The notes: generated from the sequence alone by a model not told the origin. A DNA stretch of 64,000 nucleotides from an uncultured Candidatus Saccharibacteria bacterium (GCA_964598205.1 CAZRBB010000004.1:2324-66323), one strand, 5' to 3'. Counted from the first letter of the stretch, positions 8,884 through 20,775 are shown. Numbers and translations: made by a program.

Positions 8884-11304
8884 TTAACCACGAAAAATTA
8901 TTTTATTTTTCTTAACAGAAGCCCTGAGGGAGAGAGCGGTGGAGGGATTTTTTTTGATAATGATTTCTGCTAAGGGATTTTCTAAATATTTCTCTGTGTT
9001 TTTTCTTAGAAGGCGAGCACCTTCTTTTTTGTCTAAACTTTTTTCTGCTAAAAATTGGAAAACTTCTGGTTTGATTTTTAACTTTATTTTATTCTTGTTT
9101 AATCTTTGAATAATTTTCTTAATCTCTTTTTGAGCGATTTTTTTAAGATCTTTCTTGGTTAGGGCGTTAAAAACAATAATGTGATCAATTCTGTTTAAAA
9201 GTTCTGGCAAAAATTCTTCTTTAAAATTGGCCAAGGCTGTCTTTTTTTGGGAAGAATCATCTTTTGATTCAGTGCCTTCTTTTCCAAATCCAAGCAAATT
9301 TTTGGTAAAATCTCTGGCTCCCAAATTAGAAGTCATAACGATTAGGGTGTTTTTAAAGTTAACGGCCCGACCGGAAGAATCCGTTAGGAGTCCGTCTTCT
9401 AACACTTGCAAAAGAATGTTAAAAACTTCTGGATGAGCTTTTTCTATTTCATCAAAGAGAATTAAGCTGTAAGGGTTGCGGCGAATCTTGTCTGTTAGCT
9501 TGTTTTCGTCTTCGTAGCCAACATAGCCGGCGGGAGCGCCGATTAGCCTAGAAACATTGTGCTGCTGGGCGAATTCACTCATGTCTATTCGCAAAAAACT
9601 GGCGGGATTTTTGAATAAAATTTGGGCAATGCTTTTGGCTAAATAGGTTTTACCAACTCCGGTTGGCCCTAAGAAAACAAAAGATCCTAAGGGGCGACTA
9701 GGGTCGCCAATGCCACTATAGGATTTTTGGATGGTTTTAATAACGGCTTTTAAGGCCTGATCTTGACCAATAATTCTTTCTTGAAGTTTCTTTTTTAAGA
9801 GGACTATTTCTTGGGGTTTTTTTACTCCGATTTCGGTTAAGGGAATACCGGTTCGTTCGGCGACTATTTCTTGAATATCTTTTTCGGTAACCCGGAGAAA
9901 GGTTAAATCTTCTCTTCTTTTTTGTTCTTTTTTAATGACTCTTAAAATATTTTCTAATTCTTCTTCATCTTTTTTTAATTCTACGGCCAGCGCTAACTTG
10001 TTATCAAAAACCAATCTCTTTTTTAGTTTTTTGATTTTTCTTTTTTGTTCTAAGCATTTTTTTATTTTTTTGGTGGTGTCAAAAGAAATGGCATTAGCTC
10101 TGGCTCTGGCCTGGGCTTCGTCGATTAAGTCGATTGCTTTGTCTGGAAGAAAGCGGTCGTTTAGGTAGCGTTCGCTGAGAGTTGCCGCCGCTTCTAGGGC
10201 TTTTTCGTCTAGGTTAACGCGATGGAATTGTTCGTAACTTTTTTTAATACCTGAAAGAATTTTTTTTACTTCTATCCCTTGGGGTTCTTTAACATTGACT
10301 GGCTGGAAGCGTCTTTCTAGGGCGGCGTCTTTTTCTATGTAACGGCGGTATTCGTCGAATGTAGTGGCGCCAATCAATTTTAATTTTCCTTTGGCCAAGG
10401 CTGGCTTTAACATATTGGCTGCATCTAAGCTTCCTTGAGCGCTACCGGCTCCTATTAGGTTATGAATTTCGTCTATAAATAAAATAATATCTTTGTTGGA
10501 TGAGGCGTATTGAACAACTTCTTTCATTCTTTGTTCAAATTCTCCGCGGAAAGTGGTACCAGAAAGGAGTAGGCCTAAGTCTAATTCGTAAATTTGTTTT
10601 TCGCTCATTGCTCCAGGAACTTCTCCTTTATTGATTCTCTGGGCTAAGGCGGCAACAACGGCCGTTTTACCTACGCCTGGCTCGCCAATAAGCACCGGAT
10701 TATTTTTGCTTCTTCTTAGTAAAATATTGATTAAGCGGTCTGCTTCTTTTTCCCGACCAATAATTGGATGAGTATTTTCTTCTTGATTTTCTAGGTTTAA
10801 ATTAACAGCAAATTTTTCTAAGGGATTGTTTTTAAGTGATCTTTTATTTTTAGAAGTGATGCCAAGGTGCATAGAATGAAGGAAGTCTGGCAAGCGGCCA
10901 AAACCTTCTGGGTTAGAAAGGGGGCGAAAAGAATTATTTAAAATATTTTTAGAAAAAAATTCTTCTACTTCTGGCTCTTTTGATTTGATTACGGCATGAA
11001 CTAAATGTTCGGTGCCGATGTAGGGGTAATGATATTGGGCAGCGATTTTAACTGCAGTGGCTAAAATAGTTTTTAGAGCGAAAGAGAAGGGAAGGTCTTT
11101 GGTTGCGTTAGAATCTTGGTCAAAATCAATTAAAGGTTCCTTCTTAATACCTAGTTCTCTTAGAATATTTTCTCCGACACTGCCTTTTTCGGCGGCGATG
11201 CCCAAAATTAAATGTTTAACTAGAATTTCTTTTGATATTTCTTGAGTGGCAAAATAACGCGCTCGGTCCAGTGACCGTTTGGCGTGCTTGGTGAACTTGT
11301 TCAT
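8884..11304 (-). CDS. clpC: ATP-dependent Clp protease ATP-binding subunit ClpC (two AAA+ modules plus Clp_N)
   Basis: Clp_N repeats. Walker A motifs GEPGVGKTA and GPTGVGKTY. The start is set at the ATG (MNKFTKHAKRSLDRAR) that matches Clp N-termini. The six-frame ORF begins 42 nt further upstream at 11346. Confidence 0.9.
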   Translation of the reverse strand: MNKFTKHAKRSLDRARYFATQEISKEILVKHLILGIAAEKGSVGENILRELGIKKEPLIDFDQDSNATKDLPFSFALKTILATAVKIAAQYHYPYIGTEHLVHAVIKSKEPEVEEFFSKNILNNSFRPLSNPEGFGRLPDFLHSMHLGITSKNKRSLKNNPLEKFAVNLNLENQEENTHPIIGREKEADRLINILLRRSKNNPVLIGEPGVGKTAVVAALAQRINKGEVPGAMSEKQIYELDLGLLLSGTTFRGEFEQRMKEVVQYASSNKDIILFIDEIHNLIGAGSAQGSLDAANMLKPALAKGKLKLIGATTFDEYRRYIEKDAALERRFQPVNVKEPQGIEVKKILSGIKKSYEQFHRVNLDEKALEAAATLSERYLNDRFLPDKAIDLIDEAQARARANAISFDTTKKIKKCLEQKRKIKKLKKRLVFDNKLALAVELKKDEEELENILRVIKKEQKRREDLTFLRVTEKDIQEIVAERTGIPLTEIGVKKPQEIVLLKKKLQERIIGQDQALKAVIKTIQKSYSGIGDPSRPLGSFVFLGPTGVGKTYLAKSIAQILFKNPASFLRIDMSEFAQQHNVSRLIGAPAGYVGYEDENKLTDKIRRNPYSLILFDEIEKAHPEVFNILLQVLEDGLLTDSSGRAVNFKNTLIVMTSNLGARDFTKNLLGFGKEGTESKDDSSQKKTALANFKEEFLPELLNRIDHIIVFNALTKKDLKKIAQKEIKKIIQRLNKNKIKLKIKPEVFQFLAEKSLDKKEGARLLRKNTEKYLENPLAEIIIKKNPSTALSLRASVKKNKIIFRG

Positions 11305-11423
11305 TAAATATTGTCCGCGGGTTTCCATGGGGATAATTAAAATCAATTTATCTTAACGGAAAAAAGCAGTCTGTCCAGCTATAATTCAATTACGAATGAC
11401 GAATTTTGAATTTCGATTCGCAG

Positions 11424-11652
11424 CTTTTCAGAAATGATGTTCTTAGAGGAGGCTCCTTGTTCCCGTCACACAGAAAGAGATTAGAGGAATAACTGTTCCA
11501 AGCAGAAACAACTCAATTCTGTTTGGAACAGTTATTCCTCTAATCTCTAAAGCCTTAAGCTTTTTAGACAAAGTAGAGCAGGAACAAGGTGGAGTGAGGC
11601 CCGGTCGAGGCCGAGCGTACTCCGAGAAGAACATAGTTTCTGAAAAGCTTAT
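11424..11652. repeat. Family-A GC-rich palindromic intergenic element, copy A1 (reverse orientation, carries a nested hairpin module)
   Basis: GGAGGCTCCTTGTTCCCG ... AAGCTTTTTAG ... CAGGAACAAGGTGGAGTGAGGCCCGGTCGAGGCCGAGCGTACTCC. Outer arms GCTTTTCAGAAATGATGTTCTTAG and its complement. Coordinates approximate. Confidence 0.7.
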
Positions 11653-11772
11653 TTAGTAATTAGTCATCTGCAATTGAGTTATAAGCTGGCATCTTTTTTA
11701 TTGTTTATGATATAGTAGGATAAATTTGACTGATCGATGGGAAATAAAGAAAATAAATATTAAAAATAAAAG

Positions 11773-12408
11773 ATGAAGAAAAGAAGTTGTTGGGCAGGGG
11801 TCGCTGTAGGCGGACTGCTCCTAACTCTTCCTTTTTTGGCTCAGGCAAAAGATTCTGGAAGTGGTACAAAAATGAAGCTTAAAAACGCCAAGGTAATCCA
11901 AGTGCTTTCGGAACAGGGAATGGTTGTGGTTCAAAAGTCGGGCGGAGTTTACAACATTGCCTTGGGCTTGGCCGATCCAGACAAGACCGAACTTTTAAGC
12001 AAATACGGAATCATGGTTGATCCTTTTAAGCTGGAATCTGGCGATCATCTTACTTGCCGAGGAAGACGCTTTCCCAGCTACTTTATTCCTTCTAAATGTA
12101 AGATAGAGGAGGGATCTCAAAAAGATCTTTATAAAAAAGATAAAGGAGTAATGGTGGCCGATGTTTATGCCGCTGAAGATGGCTATATCTATGCAGCTCA
12201 TAGTTTAAACAAAACGAACCTAACTACCATTAAACAAGGGAAGTCTAAGATAACTTATAAAGGAGAGAATCGATCGTTAAGCAAATTAACTCCTTACTGG
12301 AGATTAAAAGTAAAAGGAGAATGGGATAAAGATCAGAACATGTTAAGAAAGGTTGATTACATTAAGATTACAGCGAAGCACAAGAACGAAACTCCTTACG
12401 GATACTAA
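11773..12408 (+). CDS. Secreted hypothetical protein (signal peptide)
   Basis: N-terminal MKKRSCWAGVAVGGLLLTLPFLAQA. No recognisable family. Confidence 0.5.
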   Translation: MKKRSCWAGVAVGGLLLTLPFLAQAKDSGSGTKMKLKNAKVIQVLSEQGMVVVQKSGGVYNIALGLADPDKTELLSKYGIMVDPFKLESGDHLTCRGRRFPSYFIPSKCKIEEGSQKDLYKKDKGVMVADVYAAEDGYIYAAHSLNKTNLTTIKQGKSKITYKGENRSLSKLTPYWRLKVKGEWDKDQNMLRKVDYIKITAKHKNETPYGY

Positions 12409-12473
12409 TCCTTTTGACTTTTTGGGCTGAGGCTTTTAACATTACCGTGTTAGTTAATTTTTAAATAAAAAAA

Positions 12474-12692
12474 ATGGCAGAAGATATTTCTAAACAAGAT
12501 TCCCAAGAAGAAACAACCGTGGTGTTTGATTTAGACGCTTGCACTCGTTGCATGGCGTGCGTGGCTAACTGTCCCACTAAATGTTTAGAGGAAGTAGATG
12601 GCGATCCGGTTCAAACCAAGCCCAAGGATTGTATTCGCTGTGGGACTTGCGAAGCGACTTGTTCGGTAGAAGCGGTAAAACTTAAATCCTAG
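12474..12692 (+). CDS. 2x[4Fe-4S] ferredoxin
   Basis: Two cysteine clusters: CTRCMACVANCP and CIRCGTCEATC. Confidence 0.8.
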   Translation: MAEDISKQDSQEETTVVFDLDACTRCMACVANCPTKCLEEVDGDPVQTKPKDCIRCGTCEATCSVEAVKLKS

Positions 12693-12701
12693 TAGCGGAT
12701 C

Positions 12702-12810
12702 TACGCATTTGGCACATTTCTTCGTTAAAACCAAACTTACTCGCTCACCGTAACCTAATTACGCTTCGCTCGTTCGTTTGGTTTTGCCTTGAACTGCGCT
12801 CAAATGCGTA
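12702..12810. repeat. Family-B repeat element, copy B1
   Basis: Core CATTTCTTCGTTAAAACC..TACTCGCTCACCGTAAC..AATTACGCTTCGCTCGTTCG..GGTTTTGCCTTGAACTG. Flanked by the copy-specific inverted repeat TACGCATTTG / CAAATGCGTA. Coordinates approximate. Confidence 0.65.
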
Positions 12811-12844
12811 AATCCTGGTTTGTTCTCTATATTAAATTTATTTT

Positions 12845-12871
12845 TTAGCACTCGTCCTTGACGAGTGCTAA
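12845..12871 (+). promoter_or_regulatory. CIRCE operator (HrcA-binding heat-shock element) upstream of groEL
   Basis: Perfect match to the consensus TTAGCACTC-N9-GAGTGCTAA: TTAGCACTCGTCCTTGACGAGTGCTAA. It lies about 55 bp upstream of the groEL start. Confidence 0.85.
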
Positions 12872-12900
12872 ATTTTTTTGCTACATTTTTAGTGCAATAA

Positions 12901-14574
<1,674 letters not shown>

Positions 14575-14602
14575 TTTTTTCCAAGAAAGTTTTAGGATAA
14601 AA

Positions 14603-14631
14603 AAGAAGCCGGTAAAACGGCTTCTTTTTTT
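14603..14631 (+). terminator. Rho-independent terminator after groEL
   Basis: Hairpin AGAAGCCGG-TAAAA-CCGGCTTCT followed by a T7 run. Confidence 0.6.
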
Positions 14632-14671
14632 ATGTTGAATTACTAATTTTGAGTAATGGTTTAAGAAAGAT

Positions 14672-14817
14672 TTTTCCCAAGCCAATATTCTTCCTGGAGT
14701 ACGCTCGGTCTTGATCGGGCCTCGCTCCGCCTTGTTCCTGCTTTGCTTTACCTAAAAAGCTTGGAGTTTAATAGGCGGGAACAAGGAGCCTCCTCTAAGA
14801 ATATTGGCTTGGGAAAG
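14672..14817. repeat. Family-A element, copy A2
   Basis: GGAGTACGCTCGGTCTTGATCGGGCCTCGCTCCGCCTTGTTCCTG...CTAAAAAGCTT...GGCGGGAACAAGGAGCCTCCTCTAAGAA. Outer arms TTTCCCAAGCCAATATTC / GAATATTGGCTTGGGAAA. Confidence 0.7.
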
Positions 14818-14851
14818 TTAGTAGTTTTATAATTCGCAATCCGTAATTGTT

Positions 14852-15934
14852 CTAGAGGTCTTCTCTGGTTTTAATGTATTCAATTGCGGATTCAAAAGCT
14901 TCAAAGCTGTTGGCGATTACAATTTTATCTCGCATAACAATGTAGTTTAGTGAAACGGAGCCGTCGTTTAAGAAATTAATATAGCGACCACCTGGATATT
15001 TACTGCTGCTAGTAAATGTTTTATTTTTAGCGTTGGCAATAAAGTCGTAGTCTTCTCCTAAAAGAAGGAAGCTTTTTAGATCTTCCGATAAATAATTTTC
15101 CCAACGCTTCATAACTTCTTCGGTTTTTTTGTAATCGGAAAAGTTTGATTCTAGAATCAAAACTGTTTTGGGATTTTTACTAGAAAAAGTGAGATTCATA
15201 AAAAAATAATATTTAGAAGTAACAATTTCGTTTACATAATAGGGGATGGTTATCTTTGATCTTTCTGCAAAACGGGCCAAGGAAAGCCGATCGATGTTTT
15301 TGTCGTAGAAATTGAATTCTGTTTCCTGGTTTTTTATTTCGGCAAAGTAATCTTCTAATAGACGATTAATATCGGCTCCTTCTTCTAGAGAAATATTTTT
15401 TTGAGTGGCGGTGTTTTCTGGAAGTTTTTTATTGGGATCTACTGGATCGGTCGGCTTTTCTACTGGATCGGTCGGCTTTTCTGGGGGATCAGTGGGTTTT
15501 TCTGCTGGATCAGTGGGATTTTCTTTAGGATTGACTGGAGTAACCGGATCTTTCTGTTTATTTTTAGTAACCAAAAAAAGAATTATGGCCGTTAGAAAAA
15601 TTCCACCAACAATAAGGCCACCAATGGTGATAATTTTTTTAGTTTCTGAATCTCCTTCGGGAATTTCTTCTAATTCAGGGAATTCTTTAAGATTTATAAA
15701 TTGGTTTTTATCTCTACTGTTGGGACTATTTGCTTTTTTAATATCCGAAGAAGTAGGTGAAGAAGGTCCATAACCGTAAGAAGAAGATTCTGATCCAGGC
15801 ATAGCAGTAGCTATTGGAGGAGCTTGATTGATTACTGGTGAAGGCGCTGGGGTAGTTGGTGGTCGAAAAGCCGGATCAACTGGAGTAAAATCTTGTTGAT
15901 TGTTGGGATTGATTGATGGATCGACGGGGGGCAT
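14852..15934 (-). CDS. Single-pass membrane protein with proline-rich N-terminus and tandem EKPTDPx heptad repeats; function unknown
   Basis: The ORF has one TM helix (IITIGGLIVGGIFLTAIILFLV) and four 21-bp DNA repeats. The repeats encode PTDPAEKPTDPPEKPTDPVEKPTDPV. The start is set at the internal ATG (MPPVDPS). The six-frame ORF begins at a TTG 42 nt upstream at 15976. Confidence 0.6.
   Translation of the reverse strand: MPPVDPSINPNNQQDFTPVDPAFRPPTTPAPSPVINQAPPIATAMPGSESSSYGYGPSSPTSSDIKKANSPNSRDKNQFINLKEFPELEEIPEGDSETKKIITIGGLIVGGIFLTAIILFLVTKNKQKDPVTPVNPKENPTDPAEKPTDPPEKPTDPVEKPTDPVDPNKKLPENTATQKNISLEEGADINRLLEDYFAEIKNQETEFNFYDKNIDRLSLARFAERSKITIPYYVNEIVTSKYYFFMNLTFSSKNPKTVLILESNFSDYKKTEEVMKRWENYLSEDLKSFLLLGEDYDFIANAKNKTFTSSSKYPGGRYINFLNDGSVSLNYIVMRDKIVIANSFEAFESAIEYIKTREDL
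15450..15533. repeat. Tandem 21-bp repeat (4 units) inside the CDS, encoding the heptad repeats
   Basis: TACTGGATCGGTCGGCTTTTC x2, then TGGGGGATCAGTGGGTTTTTC and TGCTGGATCAGTGGGATTTTC. Confidence 0.7.
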
Positions 15935-16155
15935 TTTATTTTTATTTAAGCCAAGTGAATCCAAAGAAAAAAACAACTTTCTTGATTATAAATTTTTTAG
16001 GAATTAAAAGCCAGCTTATGAATTACGAATTTTGAATTTCGAATTTCGAAATAATTTGGAAAGTAGAATTTTTAAATTTATTTGAAATTAAAAATTCTTT
16101 ATTCATAATTTTTGTGCTATTCTTTGAGGAAGATAGTAGTTTTACAAAAATAAAA

Positions 16156-17907
16156 ATGCCAAAAACAAATGATCAGTTGGCGCAGTTTCTTTTAGATTCT
16201 GGACTAGTAACCAAAACAGAGATAGAAGAAGCTCAAAAGGCGGTCCCTAGTAAAAAGTGGGCTCAATTTTTGGTGGAAAAAAAAATAATTAGCGATGAAC
16301 AGTTGCATAAAGCCTATGCTTATGTGAATGGTATTCCTTATGTAGATTTGGAGAATGTTCTTATTTCTAAAGAAGTTTTGCGAGTTATTCCAGAGTCTAT
16401 TGCTAGAAAAAACAATATTGTTGCTTTTCAGAAAGAAGATGGTCGCTTGAAGGTGGCAATGCTTGATCCCGACAATCTTCCAGTAATTGATTTTATTAGA
16501 AAGAAAACGGAATTTAAAATAATTCCTTGTCTTACTTCTCAAAAATCAATCGCTAAGGTTCTAAATCAATACCAAAAATCATTGCAGGCTGAATTTGGAG
16601 AAATTATTGAAAAGAATTCCCAAACGGCTTTGATTAAAAATGGTGGTAGCAGTGAAGATGATTTAAAAAAGGCAGCGGCTGATCTGCCGGTGGTTAAGAT
16701 TGTGAATACTTTGATTAAACACGCTATTCTGCAGTTGGCGAGTGATATCCACATTGAACCATTAGAAGAAGGAATGATTGTGCGTTACCGAATTGACGGA
16801 ATATTGCACGATACAATGAATTTATCTAAAGAGATTTTACCGTTTATTGTGGCAAGAATTAAAGTTCTAGCTAACTTAAAATTAGACGAACATCGTTTAC
16901 CTCAAGATGGTCGGTTTAAAATGGCCGAAGAAAACGCCGATATTTCTTTTCGGGTTTCTATTCTTCCGGTATATGGAGGAGAGAAGGTGGTGATGCGGGT
17001 ATTAGATGAATCATCAAAGGGACTTACCTTGGAACAAATGGGAATGGATGGAAAAGCTTTGGAAGCGGTGCAGGTGGCTTTTCGAAGACCTAATGGAATG
17101 ATTCTAGTTTCTGGACCAACAGGAAGCGGTAAAACGACCACGCTTTACACCGTATTAGATATTCTTAATTCCCGAGAAGTAAATATTAGCACCGTGGAGG
17201 ATCCGATTGAATACCGAATGCCAGGAGTTAATCAAACACAAGTAATGGCTAAGATTGGATTAACTTTTTCGGCGGGATTGCGATCACTTTTGCGCCAAGA
17301 TCCGGATATTATTATGGTGGGGGAAATTCGGGATGCAGAAACTGCGGAAATAGCGGCTCATGCAGCAATGACTGGTCACTTGGTGCTTTCCACTATTCAC
17401 ACCAATTCGGCGGCGGCTTCCTTGCCTCGCTTAATAGATATGGGAGTAGAGCCTTTTTTGGTAGCCACAACGCTAAATGTGGTAATTGCCCAACGCTTGG
17501 TTAGAAAAATCTGTCCAAACTGCCAGGAAAATTATCGTTTAGACAAAGATCAACTAAATTCCCTTTCTCAAATGGCGGACTTGAATCAACTAATTACTTT
17601 TTTAAAGAAAGATCCTCGTTCGGCTAAAGAAGCGGCTAAAATGAAAAATCTTACCAGTATTGACTTTCGACATGGGAAAGGTTGTGAGCGTTGTAATCAA
17701 ACGGGTTATAAGGGGCGAGCGGGAGTTTTTGAAGTACTAGAAGTGGACGATGAAATTGCGAAAATGATTTCTAAGGGACAGAACTCGCTAGACATTGAAA
17801 CGCGGGCACGGGAAAAAGGAATGCGAACAATGTTTGAAGACGGATTCTTAAAGGCGATTCTAGGAATCACTACCATAGAAGAAGTATTAAGAGTGACAAG
17901 GGAATAG
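16156..17907 (+). CDS. pilB: Type IV pilus / T2SS assembly ATPase (GspE/PilB family)
   Basis: N-terminal GSPII_N-like domain. Walker A VSGPTGSGKTTTLYTVL. Asp/His boxes. C-terminal tetracysteine CPNC...CERC. The start is set at the ATG (MPKTNDQ). The six-frame ORF begins at a GTG 42 nt upstream at 16114. Confidence 0.9.
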   Translation: MPKTNDQLAQFLLDSGLVTKTEIEEAQKAVPSKKWAQFLVEKKIISDEQLHKAYAYVNGIPYVDLENVLISKEVLRVIPESIARKNNIVAFQKEDGRLKVAMLDPDNLPVIDFIRKKTEFKIIPCLTSQKSIAKVLNQYQKSLQAEFGEIIEKNSQTALIKNGGSSEDDLKKAAADLPVVKIVNTLIKHAILQLASDIHIEPLEEGMIVRYRIDGILHDTMNLSKEILPFIVARIKVLANLKLDEHRLPQDGRFKMAEENADISFRVSILPVYGGEKVVMRVLDESSKGLTLEQMGMDGKALEAVQVAFRRPNGMILVSGPTGSGKTTTLYTVLDILNSREVNISTVEDPIEYRMPGVNQTQVMAKIGLTFSAGLRSLLRQDPDIIMVGEIRDAETAEIAAHAAMTGHLVLSTIHTNSAAASLPRLIDMGVEPFLVATTLNVVIAQRLVRKICPNCQENYRLDKDQLNSLSQMADLNQLITFLKKDPRSAKEAAKMKNLTSIDFRHGKGCERCNQTGYKGRAGVFEVLEVDDEIAKMISKGQNSLDIETRAREKGMRTMFEDGFLKAILGITTIEEVLRVTRE

Positions 17908-17977
17908 CTTGCTTGGGATTTACGCGTTTGATGCATTTTTTTAATGTGCAAATCTCCATTATTATTAATTTTTTACG

Positions 17978-19192
17978 GTGCCACTTTATTTGTACCAAGC
18001 CATTAATAAAAAGGGTGTTCGGAGTTCTGGCTTTTTAAAGGCGGAAAGAGAAAGAGATTTGGCTTGGCAACTTAAAAAGGATGGTTTAACGCCAATAAAG
18101 ATAGAGCTGAGGGGAGTCAAAGAAGGAAAAAGTTTTTTTAGTTTTTCTTTTGGTTCGGTTCCTTTGGTGGAAAAGTTAATGTTTACGCGCCATTTAGGAG
18201 TAATGATTAAGGGTGGAGTGAGTTTACCAGAGGCAATTTCGGTTTTGGCTGGGCAGGCTGAGTCAGCGGTTTTTAGCAAAGTCTTAAAAGAGGTTTTGGA
18301 AAGTGTTAAAAAAGGGATTCCGCTTCACGAGGCGCTGGCCATGCATCCTAAAGTTTTCTCCAAGATTTTTATAAGCATGGTGGAAATAGGAGAGGCATTG
18401 GGGAATTTGGAAGAAGCGTTGAATCTTTTGGCGCGAGAAATGAAAAAGGAGCATGAATTAAGGAGTAAAATAAAGGGGGCAATGATGTATCCAATGGTGG
18501 TGTTTTTTGCAATGATTGTGATTGGAATGATAATGATGGTAGTGGTGATTCCTAAGCTTACTAAAATTTTTACCGATTTGGATGTGGAGTTACCGGCAAC
18601 TACCCAATTCATTGTTAATGTTTCTGATTTCCTAAGGAATCATACTTTGCTTTTTATTTTTGGCTTTTTGGCTTTTATTTTTTTAATGCGACTGGTGATA
18701 AAAAGTCGCTTGGGAGGTCGATTGGTAGATTGGTTAATTTTAAAAACGCCTTTTATTAAAGGAATCGCTACCGAAATTAATTCGGCTCAATTTTGCCGAT
18801 CTCTTTCTTCCATGTTGGCTGGCGGTGTGCCAATAGTGCGGGCGTTAGAAATAATTTCTTCTTCGGTGAATAATGTTTTTTACCAGGAGGCGATTAAAAA
18901 AGCGTCTCAAGAAGTACGGAAAGGAGTGGCGCTAAATTCCGTTCTAGCTGAAAATTCAGGGATTTTTCCTACTCTAGTGACTCAGATGGTACGGGTAGGC
19001 GAAGAAACGGGGATGAGTGCTGATATTTTAAAACAATTGGCGGAGTTTTACGAAGAAGAAGTAGACACAATTACCAAGAGCTTGTCTTCTATTATGGAGC
19101 CGGTGTTAATGATTGTAATGGGGGCGGCGGTGGGCTTCTTTGCTATTTCCATGTTACAGCCAATGTATTCGATTATGAATGAAGTAGGATAG
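17978..19192 (+). CDS. pilC: Type IV pilus / T2SS platform protein (GspF/PilC family)
   Basis: Duplicated GspF domains and 3 TM segments. 404 aa. Confidence 0.9.
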   Translation: MPLYLYQAINKKGVRSSGFLKAERERDLAWQLKKDGLTPIKIELRGVKEGKSFFSFSFGSVPLVEKLMFTRHLGVMIKGGVSLPEAISVLAGQAESAVFSKVLKEVLESVKKGIPLHEALAMHPKVFSKIFISMVEIGEALGNLEEALNLLAREMKKEHELRSKIKGAMMYPMVVFFAMIVIGMIMMVVVIPKLTKIFTDLDVELPATTQFIVNVSDFLRNHTLLFIFGFLAFIFLMRLVIKSRLGGRLVDWLILKTPFIKGIATEINSAQFCRSLSSMLAGGVPIVRALEIISSSVNNVFYQEAIKKASQEVRKGVALNSVLAENSGIFPTLVTQMVRVGEETGMSADILKQLAEFYEEEVDTITKSLSSIMEPVLMIVMGAAVGFFAISMLQPMYSIMNEVG

Positions 19193-19228
19193 CCTTAATT
19201 TTGAATTACGAATTTTGAATTTCGAAAT

Positions 19229-19382
19229 AGAACTTTTGTGAACCAATGTCCTTTTCGGAGTACGCTCGCCCTCGACCATGGCTCGCTCCACCTTGTTCCT
19301 GTTTTCCTTTGTCTAAAAAGCTTAGGGTTCAGTAGGCGGGAACAAGGAGACTCCTCTAAGAACATTGGTTCACAAAAGTTCT
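19229..19382. repeat. Family-A element, copy A3
   Basis: Perfect outer arms AGAACTTTTGTGAACCAATG ... CATTGGTTCACAAAAGTTCT enclose the conserved core. Confidence 0.75.
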
Positions 19383-19405
19383 AAATTCAAAATTAATTAA
19401 AAAGA

Positions 19406-20746
19406 TTGTCTAAATTTTTGAAATCAAAAAATAGGGGAGTAACGCTTATAGAATCATTAGTAGCGGTAATGTTGTTGTCTTTGGTAAGTGTTACTTTCTA
19501 CGAAATGTTTCTTTTAGCTGGAAGGTTAACTGCTGATTCCAAAACAAGAATGATGGCGGTTTATTTGGCGAACGAAGAAATGGAAATTTTAAAATCAATG
19601 GCTTATTCCAAAATAGGGACACAGGGCGGTGTTCCGGCGGGAACGATTCTGCAGTCTAGAAATATTTCTAAGGGTGGTTATAATTTTTTAGTGAAAACAG
19701 AAGTAAAATTTTCGGATGATCCGTTGGATGGTGTTTTTCCAGCAGACAATACGCCTTCAGATTTTAAAACGGTGCGGCTAGAAGTTTCTTGGCCTAGTCA
19801 TTTTAAACAGAAGCAAGCAGTTTTGGTTTCTAGCATTTATCCAGAAACACCAGAGCAAGAGGAGGGTGGTGGAGTATTAAGTTTTAATGCAATCAATTTT
19901 GAAGGGTTGGGAATTGCTGGTTGTGATGTAGAAATAAAAAATGAAGAAATAGCACCCCCAGTGGCGATTAATACTCGGACCGATGATGGGGGAAATGTTT
20001 TACTTTTAGGTCTTTCGGCTTCTCAAAATGGTTACGAGATAAAACTTAATTGTTCTGGAATGGAGGAAATCAGAACATTGCCACCGTATCCGGAATCGGT
20101 TTTTCGGCCAGTGAACGAGCATGCAACGGTAGTTCTTGGTTCTTTGAATTTAAAAACAATAGAGGCAAATCAGCTTGGTAATTTAAAGCTGATTTTTAAA
20201 GACGAAAAAGGAGCTTTGATTTCTGGATTAGATACTGGTCTTTCTGGCGGAAGAATAGAAGGCTACACAGTGGCGGCAGATCCCTTGCCGGTTTATGTTT
20301 TTTCTGACGAATCAATACTAACTAACGGGGTGGGAGAAGTGGAGCTTGAAGAAGCGAGTGGTGGAAATTATTTTTTAACAATCAATGATCTTAATTCGGA
20401 ATTAGTCAGAGCAAGCGTTGACCTTCCTCTGGTTTTAACTCCGGGGAGTGAGCTGGAAGCAAATTTTACCGTGGTTAAAAAAACTCTAGATTCTTTATTG
20501 GTGTCGGCGCTAGACAGTGTTACCAAGGAACCGATTGGTGATATTTTAGTGACTGTGAAAAAAGGAGAGGATTATAATCAATCGATTGTTACAGATTTTT
20601 CTGGTAAGGCGTTTTTTTGGGAAGAGAATATGGCCGAAGGAGAATATCAGATAGAAGTCAATGCTGCTGAGTACCAACCGTATACGGGAACAGTTGCTTT
20701 GGAAAGATTAACCAAGAAGGATGTTTTCTTGGAAAGAATACCTTAG
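19406..20746 (+). CDS. Large prepilin-type (class III signal) pseudopilin, 446 aa
   Basis: Leader ...KNRG then VTLIESLVAVMLLS, with Glu at +5. TTG start as called in the ORF track. Confidence 0.7.
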   Translation: MSKFLKSKNRGVTLIESLVAVMLLSLVSVTFYEMFLLAGRLTADSKTRMMAVYLANEEMEILKSMAYSKIGTQGGVPAGTILQSRNISKGGYNFLVKTEVKFSDDPLDGVFPADNTPSDFKTVRLEVSWPSHFKQKQAVLVSSIYPETPEQEEGGGVLSFNAINFEGLGIAGCDVEIKNEEIAPPVAINTRTDDGGNVLLLGLSASQNGYEIKLNCSGMEEIRTLPPYPESVFRPVNEHATVVLGSLNLKTIEANQLGNLKLIFKDEKGALISGLDTGLSGGRIEGYTVAADPLPVYVFSDESILTNGVGEVELEEASGGNYFLTINDLNSELVRASVDLPLVLTPGSELEANFTVVKKTLDSLLVSALDSVTKEPIGDILVTVKKGEDYNQSIVTDFSGKAFFWEENMAEGEYQIEVNAAEYQPYTGTVALERLTKKDVFLERIP

Positions 20747-20775
20747 GGAATAATTATGAATTTTGAGTTTTGAAA

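Noticed and set aside
11443-11634. Short ORFs (11443-11634, 31305-31499, 31315-31518, 40229-40444, 40263-40454, 43838-44089) with recurring peptide strings such as QEQGGARPGR / ARPRPGL
   Set aside because: They lie entirely inside family-A palindromic repeats. The shared peptides follow from nucleotide conservation. Copies differ by indels that break frames, both strands 'code' because of palindromy, and no RBS or start context is conserved.
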